A stretch of 57,124 nucleotides of DNA from Candidatus Omnitrophota bacterium (lineage in GTDB: Bacteria; Omnitrophota; Omnitrophia; Omnitrophales; Danuiimicrobiaceae). The notes under the pieces were generated by a model. It saw only the letters and a list, made by a program, of their open reading frames with translations, searched no databases and was not told the origin of the DNA. A program made the translations under genes and the position numbers. Below, in pieces: positions 1 to 6,946 of this stretch (positions are counted from its first letter, which is position 1; each line of letters begins with the position of its first letter). The stretch covers positions 1 to 57,124 of the forward strand of contig JAHFHD010000001.1 of NCBI GenBank assembly GCA_023247075.1, given 5' to 3'.

Positions 1-1091
1 CTTGTCAGATCAAGTTTATTGGCCCGCGTCCTGAAAGTGTGAGACTTGCGGGCGACAAATCGCTTGCGCGTGAGACCATGCGAAAGGCAAATGTCCCCAT
101 TATTCCAGGAAGCAAAGCGGTAATCATAGACCAGCACGAAGCATTGCGTGTTGCAAAAAAGATTGGGTATCCTGTCATCATTAAGGCGAAGTCAGGCGGC
201 GGTGGAAAAGGAATGAAAGTGGCGCATAATGACGGCAAACTCGTCAATGCGTTTTTAACGGCTCAGTCGGAAGCTGAAGCAGCTTTTGGCGACCGGGAAG
301 TTTATCTTGAGCATTATGTCACCAACCCGAGGCATATTGAATTTCAGATTCTTGCAGATCGTCACGGAAATACAATTCACCTTGGCGCTCGGGATTGTTC
401 GGTTCAGCGAAGGCACCAAAAATTAATTGAAGAAGCACCTGTGCCATCATTGACGAAGCATTTACGCAAGAAAATGGGTGAGGCTGCAGTGAAGGCCGCA
501 AAAGCATTTCAATATGAAAATGCAGGTACCATTGAATTTCTCGTGGATGAGCAAGAACGTTTTTATTTTATTGAAATCAATAGCAGACTTCAAGTAGAGC
601 ATGGAGTGACGGAACTTGTAACCGGCATTGATCTCGTCAAAGAGCAAATCCGAATTGCAGCAGGTGAAAAATTGGGCTATGGACAGGATGCCGTTAAAAT
701 TACAGGAGCAGCAATTGAATGCCGCATTAACGCCGAAGACCCGGATCAAAATTTTATGCCTTCACCTGGAAAAATACAGACACTCAGGCTGCCCGGAGGA
801 CCGAATGTGCGCGTTGACACTCATGTGTATCAGGGGTATGACATTCCCCCATATTATGATTCGATGGTAGCGAAAATACTGGTACACGGCCGTGACCGCC
901 ACGAAGCCATTCAGATCATGCTCAGAGCGCTTCGGGAAACTGAATTTGGCCCAATCAAAACAACCACCCCACTTTTCGAAAAAATTCTAAATCGTCCTAA
1001 ATTTCGTCAGGGTAAAGTCAGCACTAATTTTATTGAATCGATTATGGAAGTTCCGCCGCCGAACGAACTGGTCATACGAAAAGCAGGTTAA
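1..1091 (+). CDS. accC: Acetyl-CoA carboxylase biotin carboxylase subunit, 5'-truncated by the window edge
   Basis: The frame is open from nt 3: CQIKFIGPRPESVRLAGDK precedes the track's GTG 'start' at 39. ATP-grasp/biotin carboxylase motifs are IIKAKSGGGGKGMKV, EINSRLQVEHGVTE and MVAKILVHG. Confidence 0.93.
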   Translation, partial: CQIKFIGPRPESVRLAGDKSLARETMRKANVPIIPGSKAVIIDQHEALRVAKKIGYPVIIKAKSGGGGKGMKVAHNDGKLVNAFLTAQSEAEAAFGDREVYLEHYVTNPRHIEFQILADRHGNTIHLGARDCSVQRRHQKLIEEAPVPSLTKHLRKKMGEAAVKAAKAFQYENAGTIEFLVDEQERFYFIEINSRLQVEHGVTELVTGIDLVKEQIRIAAGEKLGYGQDAVKITGAAIECRINAEDPDQNFMPSPGKIQTLRLPGGPNVRVDTHVYQGYDIPPYYDSMVAKILVHGRDRHEAIQIMLRALRETEFGPIKTTTPLFEKILNRPKFRQGKVSTNFIESIMEVPPPNELVIRKAG

Positions 1092-1109
1092 CTGGACAAG
1101 GTAGGTCTG

Positions 1110-1667
1110 ATGCGTTTTGTTCTCGTAGTTATTTATGTTTTTGCAGTGTTCGCATTTCTAACGATGGGAAGCCTGTTTGTCATCGTGTCGCTGCACGTGC
1201 TGACGATGGAAGACGCGCTCTTAAAAGTTCAAGAGGTTTATGAAAATCCCTGGCTCACACTGCGCATGGGTGCCAGCGGAATTATGTTTCTTGTTATGGG
1301 TCTCATCTTCTCTAAAATTTTGGTGAAGGAAACATGGCCAACCAAGGACATGGTTCTTCTTGGTAAATGGGGATATGTCAGTGTTTCGACCAAAGCAATT
1401 CACGATGTGGCAAACAGATGTCTTAAAAAGTTTGATTTTATTGTGGAAAAACGAATCAAGGTCCACACAAATGGCAATCGGTTAAACATTGCAGTTCAGA
1501 CAACCGTTGCCTCAAACTTAAACGTTTCTGAACTCACCGACACGGTTCAAGCTGAATTGTACCGTCGGGTCAATCTTCTATTGGGAGACGGTGTTGCGCT
1601 TGACATTGCCATCCAAGTCAGGAAAATTGTAGATCAACCCAAACCCTTGGCGACTGTACCTTCATGA
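1110..1667 (+). CDS. Membrane-anchored Asp23/AmaP-like stress protein
   Basis: Two N-terminal hydrophobic helices (VLVVIYVFAVFAFLTMGSLFVIV, GASGIMFLVMGLIF) precede an Asp23-like half (GYVSVSTKAIHDVANRCL...LNIAVQTTVASNLNVSELTDTVQAELYRRV). An Asp23-family gene after accC is a recurrent synteny. Confidence 0.5.
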   Translation: MRFVLVVIYVFAVFAFLTMGSLFVIVSLHVLTMEDALLKVQEVYENPWLTLRMGASGIMFLVMGLIFSKILVKETWPTKDMVLLGKWGYVSVSTKAIHDVANRCLKKFDFIVEKRIKVHTNGNRLNIAVQTTVASNLNVSELTDTVQAELYRRVNLLLGDGVALDIAIQVRKIVDQPKPLATVPS

Positions 1668-1695
1668 TTTGTAATTTGAGAAAGGAAATATTTCA

Positions 1696-2721
1696 ATGAG
1701 CAAAAAAATTGGTATTTTAACCGGCGGTGGAGATTGTCCTGGACTGAATGCAGTCATCCGAGCGGTAGTCAAAGGCGGAATCAAAAAAGGTTGGAAATTA
1801 TTAGGGTTTCGGTATGGATGGAAGGGGCTCATCGCCGGTGAATTTATGGAGCTAGACGATCAAACGGTTTCAGGAATTGTCCACCGGGGCGGAACTATTC
1901 TTGGGACATCCCGAACAAATCCGTACAAAAATCCTGGTGATGCGGAAAAGGTAAAAAACACAATTAAGAAAGAAGGAATTGATGTGATTGCTGCAATTGG
2001 AGGGGAGGACACGCTTGGCGCTGCAGCCAAACTTTCGAAGGAAGGGATTCGGATTGTGGGTGCACCCAAGACGATTGACAATGATTTGTCGTGTACTGAT
2101 TTTACATTTGGTTTTGATACCGCAGTTAACATTGCGATGGAGTGTATTGACCGGCTTCACACAACGGCTGAATCACACAATCGGGTCATGGTAGTTGAAA
2201 TTATGGGCCGACACGCAGGCTGGATTACCACGTACGCGGGTCTGGCAGGCGGAGCAGATGTGGTGCTCATCCCGGAGCAGCCCATCAGCCTGAATCATGT
2301 TTGTGAAGTGATTCAACGCCGCCACGAGAAAGGAAAACTCTTTAGTATTGTGGCAGTTGCTGAAGGCGCAAAATTTGAAGGAAAAGACATGGTTCTTGAG
2401 GGAAAGCTTGATCAATTTGGTCATGTCCGCTTGGGCGGCTTGGGCCAACTTTTGGGCGAAATGATTGAGAAAAAAACAGGCTATGAAACTCGCGTTACCG
2501 TTTTGGGACATATTCAGCGCGGAGGTTCACCAACTGCATTTGATCGCGTGCTGGGCACCCGATTTGGTATTGGAATGATTAAATTAATTGAAGAGGGAAA
2601 ATTTGGATGTATGGTTAGTTTACAGGGAAATGAAATCGTTCCAGCACGGCTTGAAGAGGCGTCTGGCAAACTGAAACTTGTACCACAAGAGTTTATTGAG
2701 CTCTGCGAGTATTTTGAGTGA
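1696..2721 (+). CDS. pfk: 6-phosphofructokinase (phosphoryl donor ATP vs PPi undecided)
   Basis: PFK-A family motifs are GILTGGGDCPGLNAVIRAVV, IGGEDTLG, PKTIDNDL and MGRHAGW. The GGEDT variant occurs in both ATP- and PPi-type enzymes. Confidence 0.9.
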   Translation: MSKKIGILTGGGDCPGLNAVIRAVVKGGIKKGWKLLGFRYGWKGLIAGEFMELDDQTVSGIVHRGGTILGTSRTNPYKNPGDAEKVKNTIKKEGIDVIAAIGGEDTLGAAAKLSKEGIRIVGAPKTIDNDLSCTDFTFGFDTAVNIAMECIDRLHTTAESHNRVMVVEIMGRHAGWITTYAGLAGGADVVLIPEQPISLNHVCEVIQRRHEKGKLFSIVAVAEGAKFEGKDMVLEGKLDQFGHVRLGGLGQLLGEMIEKKTGYETRVTVLGHIQRGGSPTAFDRVLGTRFGIGMIKLIEEGKFGCMVSLQGNEIVPARLEEASGKLKLVPQEFIELCEYFE

Positions 2722-3302
2722 GCATGGCATCCGACGTCCTGAAACAAAATTTGGATGAGCATCAAAGTGCACTCGCAGCTACTTTTTCTGAACCCAATTT
2801 AAAATTGCTTGAAGAAATTGCGCAAGAAGTGACGCGCGCTTTTAAAAATGGACATAAAGTGCTCTTGTGCGGTAATGGCGGAAGCGCTGCCGATGCTCAG
2901 CATATTGCCGCTGAGTTTGTTGGAAGATTTAAGCGGGAGCGCAGAAGCTTGCCCGCAATTGCTTTGACAACAGACACATCCATTCTGACTGCAATCGGTA
3001 ACGACTATTCCTACGAAGTTATTTTTAAGCGGCAGATTGAAGGGCTTGGACTTGCGGGTGACATTTTGATTGGGATTTCAACCAGTGGAAATTCAAAAAA
3101 TGTGGTGCTTGCACTTGAGGAAGCTAAGAAAATGAAATTAAAAACAGTTGCATTTACCGGTAAGGGCGGCGGCATTCTCAAGCGTTGCGCTGACTATTGC
3201 TTTGAGGTGGAATCAGTCAAAACACCTCGTGTTCAGGAAATGCATATTACGGCGCTCCATGCGATTTCAGAACTTGTTGAAGACACTCTTTTTCCCACCT
3301 GA
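2718..3302 (+). CDS. gmhA: D-sedoheptulose-7-phosphate isomerase (SIS domain)
   Basis: Motifs are LLCGNGGSAADAQHIAAEFVGRF, GISTSGNSKNV and QEMHITALH. The GTG start overlaps the pfk stop (GTGA). Confidence 0.87.
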   Translation: MSMASDVLKQNLDEHQSALAATFSEPNLKLLEEIAQEVTRAFKNGHKVLLCGNGGSAADAQHIAAEFVGRFKRERRSLPAIALTTDTSILTAIGNDYSYEVIFKRQIEGLGLAGDILIGISTSGNSKNVVLALEEAKKMKLKTVAFTGKGGGILKRCADYCFEVESVKTPRVQEMHITALHAISELVEDTLFPT

Positions 3303-3305
3303 TTC

Positions 3306-3803
3306 ATGTCCATTCTGAAACACCCAACGCAAAAAAAAGTTCAAAATCTCGGAATCAAATTAAGACAACTCGGTAAAAAAATTGTTTTTACAAATGGCTG
3401 CTTTGATCTTCTTCATGCAGGCCATGTTACTTACCTTAAAAAAGCGAGACGTCTCGGAGATGTTCTGGTAGTTGGTTTAAATTCAGACGCTTCTGTGCGG
3501 CGGCTCAAAGGAAGCAATCGACCGCTTAATTCACTTGCTGACCGAGCTATGGTTCTGAGTGGTTTGGCGAGCGTGAATTATGTCATTGCATTTTCTGAAG
3601 GTACTCCTGAAAAATTAATTCAAACATTGAGGCCTCACGTGCTCGTAAAAGGTGCAGATTGGAAAGTGAGTGCCATTGCTGGCCGAAAAGAAGTTGAGAG
3701 TTGGGGTGGAGAAGTGCGAACCATTCCGCTTGTGAAGGGCCGCTCAACTACATCAGTTATTGAGAAAATAGCACGGATTGAACGAGAGAAATTACTAAAA
3801 TAA
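3306..3803 (+). CDS. hldC: D-glycero-beta-D-manno-heptose-1-phosphate adenylyltransferase (RfaE domain II type)
   Basis: It has the cytidylyltransferase signature [17 protein letters not shown] plus [17 protein letters not shown] and VLVKGADW. It lies directly after gmhA. Confidence 0.8.
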   Translation: MSILKHPTQKKVQNLGIKLRQLGKKIVFTNGCFDLLHAGHVTYLKKARRLGDVLVVGLNSDASVRRLKGSNRPLNSLADRAMVLSGLASVNYVIAFSEGTPEKLIQTLRPHVLVKGADWKVSAIAGRKEVESWGGEVRTIPLVKGRSTTSVIEKIARIEREKLLK

Positions 3804-3830
3804 AAATATTCAAGTCGGTGCTTTTCTTTT

Positions 3831-3942
3831 CCCCTCGCCCCCAACGGGGGGAGAGGGCGCAATACAAGCATGGGGTGAGGGGGATAACAGCTCACGTTTT
3901 TCACCCTCACCCCAACCCTCTCCCTCTTGAAGAGGGAGAGGG
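3831..3942. repeat. Cluster of three G+C-rich palindromic hairpins (REP/MITE-like) in the hldC-thi intergenic region
   Basis: There is an imperfect hairpin at 3831-3857. A perfect 10-bp inverted repeat pairs GGGGTGAGGG (3872-3881) with CCCTCACCCC (3904-3913). A 13-bp palindrome pairs CCCTCTCCCTCTT (3916-3928) with AAGAGGGAGAGGG (3930-3942). All three share a CCCTC-N-CCCC core. Confidence 0.7.
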
Positions 3943-3963
3943 GTTAATCTGAAAAGTATAAAA

Positions 3964-4410
3964 ATGGCACAAACGCAAAAAAAATCTGTGGGAGACAAAT
4001 CAAAACGCAAAGTTTTGAGACTAATTGACGCAAACTTCAATCGCGCAAAAGAAGGTTTGCGTGTGTGTGAAGACGTGACGCGTTTTATTTTGAATGATGC
4101 CGCGCTTAGCCAAAGTTTAAGAAAATTGCGGCACGAATGTTCTTCTGCGCTTAAATTATTTCCATTTCGCTATGACGCGCTTGTCTCAATGCGCGATTCA
4201 CTGCATGATGTTGGAAAGCGGAATACCGACATTACTAAGCGGCAGCGGAATTGGATGGATTTAATCATCCAGAATATGAAGCGGAGTCAGGAGAGTTTTC
4301 GGGTGCTTGAAGAAGTGAGTAAAATATTTTCAATGGAAGGCTCAAAAAAGTTCCAAACGCTTCGGTTTCGATTATATGAACTGGAAAAAAGAGTGCTTCA
4401 AAAATTTTAA
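3964..4410 (+). CDS. ThiE-associated N-terminal-domain protein (helical; possibly the 5' half of a fused thiE)
   Basis: LIDANFNRAKEGLRVCEDVTRF... resembles, from memory, the N-terminal extension fused to thiamine-phosphate synthase in some bacteria. Its stop (4408-4410) lies inside an A5T4A3 tract. Confidence 0.55.
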   Translation: MAQTQKKSVGDKSKRKVLRLIDANFNRAKEGLRVCEDVTRFILNDAALSQSLRKLRHECSSALKLFPFRYDALVSMRDSLHDVGKRNTDITKRQRNWMDLIIQNMKRSQESFRVLEEVSKIFSMEGSKKFQTLRFRLYELEKRVLQKF

Positions 4411-5020
4411 ATTGTATGGAATCACAGATGTTAAAGGTGATGGCGGAACAATTTTAAATCAAATCGCCAAAGCCTTTGAGGGTGGTGTGGACATTGTCCA
4501 GCTTCGTTCCAAAACTTTGATGGACGCAAGTTTGATTCGCCTTGGACTTAAAGTAAGAAAAATTGCCAATCAGTACCGCAAACTGTTCATCGTCAACGAC
4601 CGAGTAGATTTGGCACTGGCAGTGGAAGCGGACGGTGTTCATCTGGGGCAAGATGACATGCCTCTTGCGTTGGCGCGGAGACTTGTACGAGCACCAATGA
4701 TTTTTGGGAAATCAACTCATTCACTTCGCCAGGCGATTCAAGCAAAGCGTGAGGGAGCGGATTACATTGGGTTTGGGCCCATTTTTTCAACCCCTACAAA
4801 ACTAAACTATGCACCCATTGGCTCAGGTGAAATTGAAGCAGTTCACAAGCAGATGTCTCTTCCAATTGTGTGTATTGGAGGAATCAATCAGTCAAATATT
4901 GAGCAGATTTTAGCGGCTGGAGCAAAGCGCGTCGCAGTTGTGCGGGCAATTTTTTCAGCTCCCCAGCCAAAACAAGCTGCGCACCTACTGAAGAAAATAA
5001 TTGAACAGAGTAATTTCTAG
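4376..5020 (+). CDS. thiE: Thiamine-phosphate synthase
   Basis: Motifs are LYGITD, VDIVQLRSK, FIVNDRVDLALAVEADGVHLGQDD, YIGFGPIFSTPTK and VCIGGI. The ATG at 4376 overlaps the upstream ORF by 35 nt. Confidence 0.9.
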   Translation: MNWKKECFKNFKLYGITDVKGDGGTILNQIAKAFEGGVDIVQLRSKTLMDASLIRLGLKVRKIANQYRKLFIVNDRVDLALAVEADGVHLGQDDMPLALARRLVRAPMIFGKSTHSLRQAIQAKREGADYIGFGPIFSTPTKLNYAPIGSGEIEAVHKQMSLPIVCIGGINQSNIEQILAAGAKRVAVVRAIFSAPQPKQAAHLLKKIIEQSNF

Positions 5021-5028
5021 AAAGGTAG

Positions 5029-5949
5029 ATGGGTGAAATGAGCAAGTTTCCCTTAATGGTAATTGGTACGGTTGCGATTGATTCAGTCGAGACTCCTTTC
5101 GGGAAACAAGAACAGGTGTTTGGCGGGTCGGCCTCTTATTTTTCTTATGCCGCCAGTTTTTTTGTTCCTGTCAATTTAGTGGCTGTTGTGGGTGCAGATT
5201 TTCCAGATTCTTACAGAGCAATTTTAAAAGAGCGGCCGATTGGGCTCGAGCATTTGGTGGCGCTGCCCGGAAAAACATTTCACTGGAAGGGAAAATATGA
5301 AGGGGATTTAAATTCTGCGCAGACATTGGCGACGGAGCTCAATGTATTGACTGAATTTCGGCCAATGCTTGGGCCGGCCGACGAACCCAAACTTCTTTTT
5401 CTGGCTAATATTGACCCTGAGCTTCAGCTTGATGTGCTGAATCAGGTAAAACGTCCTAAGTGCCGTTTTGTTGCATGCGACACCATGAATTATTGGATTG
5501 GAACAAAGCTCCCAGTTTTGCGTACTGTTTTGAGCCGAATCAATATGCTCGTCATTAATGATGGGGAAGCCCGCCTTCTCACGGGAAGCGGCAGCCTGAT
5601 TCGAAGCGCGCGAAAAATCCAGTCGATGGGTCCTGATATTGTCATAGTCAAAAAGGGTGAGCATGGAGCAATTCTGGTTCACGGAGAACAAATTTTTGTT
5701 CTCCCTGCGTACCCGCTTGAAGAAGTGTTTGATCCGACGGGAGCAGGTGACACATTTGCTGGTGGTGTGATGGGTCATCTTGCTAAGACAATGGATTTCA
5801 GCTTTGAGAATGTAAAAACAGCAATGGTGCAGGGTGCTGTAATTGCGTCATTTACGGTTGAACGTTTTGGTCTCGAGCGCTTGAGAGAATTAGGAACTCG
5901 GGAAATTGAAGAACGAATCTCCCTCTTCCGAAAAATTTGTAAGTTTTAA
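5029..5949 (+). CDS. PfkB/ribokinase-family sugar or nucleoside kinase, specificity unknown
   Basis: It has the C-terminal PfkB signature DPTGAGDTFAGG, plus VKKGEHGA and an N-terminal GGSASYFS glycine motif. Confidence 0.8.
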   Translation: MGEMSKFPLMVIGTVAIDSVETPFGKQEQVFGGSASYFSYAASFFVPVNLVAVVGADFPDSYRAILKERPIGLEHLVALPGKTFHWKGKYEGDLNSAQTLATELNVLTEFRPMLGPADEPKLLFLANIDPELQLDVLNQVKRPKCRFVACDTMNYWIGTKLPVLRTVLSRINMLVINDGEARLLTGSGSLIRSARKIQSMGPDIVIVKKGEHGAILVHGEQIFVLPAYPLEEVFDPTGAGDTFAGGVMGHLAKTMDFSFENVKTAMVQGAVIASFTVERFGLERLRELGTREIEERISLFRKICKF

Positions 5950-5974
5950 CACGGTCATCTCCCATTTTATTTTT

Positions 5975-6045
5975 GCGGCCATAGTATAGTGGCAGTACAT
6001 GAGCTTCCCAAGCTCTTGGTGCGGGTTCGATTCCCGCTGGCCGCT
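5975..6045 (+). tRNA. tRNA-Gly (anticodon CCC)
   Basis: A 71-nt cloverleaf folded by hand. The acceptor is GCGGCCA/TGGCCGC, the D arm GTAT-AGTGGCA-GTAC, and the anticodon arm TGAGC-TTCCCAA-GCTCT. The T arm is GCGGG-TTCGATT-CCCGC and the discriminator is T. CCA is not encoded. Confidence 0.9.
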
Positions 6046-6237
6046 GTTTTCTTTGAAAAAATCTATGGGAAACAGCGACTGTACTGACTGCGGATTTCCT
6101 TTATTTTTAAAAGTCAGTGCTGGCCGCTCGTCTGCCTTTAGATGATTCTAAGCAGAAATTCATCAAAGACAACGGCCTGTGCTGATTGCCAATTTATTTA
6201 TGATTTATGAAAATCAGCGCTGGCCGCTGTTTTCTTT
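6036..6237 (+). repeat. Direct repeats of the tRNA-Gly 3' end (att-like scars)
   Basis: GCTGGCCGCTGTTTTCTTT (6036-6054, acceptor 3' arm plus trailer) recurs exactly at 6219-6237. The 10-nt core GCTGGCCGCT also occurs at 6119-6128. The copies at about 6110 and 6210 share AAA(G/A)TCAG(T/C)GCTGGCCGCT. Confidence 0.8.
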
Positions 6238-6262
6238 TGTTACGCGAAATAACAAGAAACAG

Positions 6263-6300
6263 ACACACAATACTTAATTTTTTAGTTAAGTATTGTGTGT
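6263..6300 (-). terminator. Rho-independent terminator candidate for the minus-strand gene 6318-6683
   Basis: A perfect 15-bp stem pairs ACACACAATACTTAA (6263-6277) with TTAAGTATTGTGTGT (6286-6300) around an 8-nt loop. On the minus strand it is followed by the T-rich CTGTTTCTTGTTATTT. Confidence 0.6.
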
Positions 6301-6317
6301 GCTTGAGATTTGTTCGA

Positions 6318-6683
6318 TTAGTTTTTTTCGCCGTCTGTAATGGAAAATCCATTGAAGCCTGGAACCCAGAAAGTGACGAGATCAATTGCGCCACTTAGTG
6401 TTCTTGTGATTGCGGTGGCAGGACCTGTCAGAGGCGCCATTGCGGTGCCAAGGCCAATCGGAGGTTGAAACAAATCGGTGAGGATGTTCGACCAACCAAA
6501 TGCCACATTGTGCAGCCCGCGGAAAAGCTGAGAAGGCGCTTTGGCAAAGTAGTTGTGTGAATCTGCTCCATGTTCAATTTGTTGGTTGAGCATGGCTGCG
6601 GGATTGTATGTTTGTTGTGCAAACACAGATGCTGAACCCAGCATGACTGAAACAACGAGAAACAACGTAAAAAACTTCTTCAT
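6318..6683 (-). CDS. Small secreted protein resembling the exosortase-system-associated TIGR04073 family
   Basis: It has a signal peptide (MKKFFTLFLVVSVMLGSASVFAQ). The family-like motifs are LFRGLHNVAFGWSNIL and RTLSGAIDLVTFWVPGF. The family assignment is from memory of its consensus. Confidence 0.55.
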   Translation of the reverse strand: MKKFFTLFLVVSVMLGSASVFAQQTYNPAAMLNQQIEHGADSHNYFAKAPSQLFRGLHNVAFGWSNILTDLFQPPIGLGTAMAPLTGPATAITRTLSGAIDLVTFWVPGFNGFSITDGEKN

Positions 6684-6773
6684 ACTTCCTCCCTGTGGTG
6701 AGTAAAACGAGCTTGGTTGTTCATCTTGGTTTATTTGAGTAAATTGTTCTCGGTAGAAGGCGTCTTGTCAAAT

Positions 6774-6818
6774 AAATGGAGCATCTATTTTAGATTCGGA
6801 AATGGGAGCATCTTTTTA
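6774..6818. promoter_or_regulatory. Two ~19-nt direct repeats in the divergent intergenic region upstream of recN (possible operator)
   Basis: The repeats are AAATGGAGCATCTATTTTA (6774-6792) and AAATGGGAGCATCTTTTTA (6800-6818). Confidence 0.25.
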
Positions 6819-6946
6819 AAATGTTAAAATAATTCAAAAGTGAAGAGGTGTTACTCTGTGAGAATGACTAAAGCCGCCATTTTTTGAAATAACCTTAAAA
6901 ATTGAAAAGTGTTGATCTAAATTAGTCTGTCACTGTAAAATGACCC

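Noticed and set aside
39-1091. The track's start codon at nt 39 for the first ORF.
   Set aside because: The frame is open to the window edge, and the upstream residues (IKFIGPRPESVRLAGDK) are conserved internal biotin-carboxylase sequence. The gene is 5'-truncated rather than starting here.
3804-3963. Possible TPP (thiamine pyrophosphate) riboswitch upstream of the thiE locus.
   Set aside because: I could not find the conserved CUGAGA ... ACCUGAUCUGGAUAAUGCCAGCG-type core. The structure present is three self-similar palindromes, not a THI-box fold. An Rfam scan would settle it.
3635-4040. Minus-strand ORFs 3635-3910 and 3810-4040 with GEGWGEGE/PLPLQEGEG-like translations.
   Set aside because: They run through the G+C-rich palindrome cluster and overlap hldC and the thi ORF antisense. 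The odd peptide is just the translation of the hairpin repeats.
6194-6398. Overlapping ORFs 6194-6394 (-) and 6207-6398 (+) downstream of the tRNA.
   Set aside because: Both span the tRNA-end repeats and the 15-bp terminator hairpin, and they overlap the 3' end of the 6318-6683 gene. No coding features are evident.
6684-6946. A LexA/SOS box upstream of recN.
   Set aside because: There is no CTGT-N8-ACAG or GAAC-N4-GTTC. GTCA-N8-TGAC near 6928-6943 has only a 4-bp arm and overlaps the putative -10, which is too weak to call.
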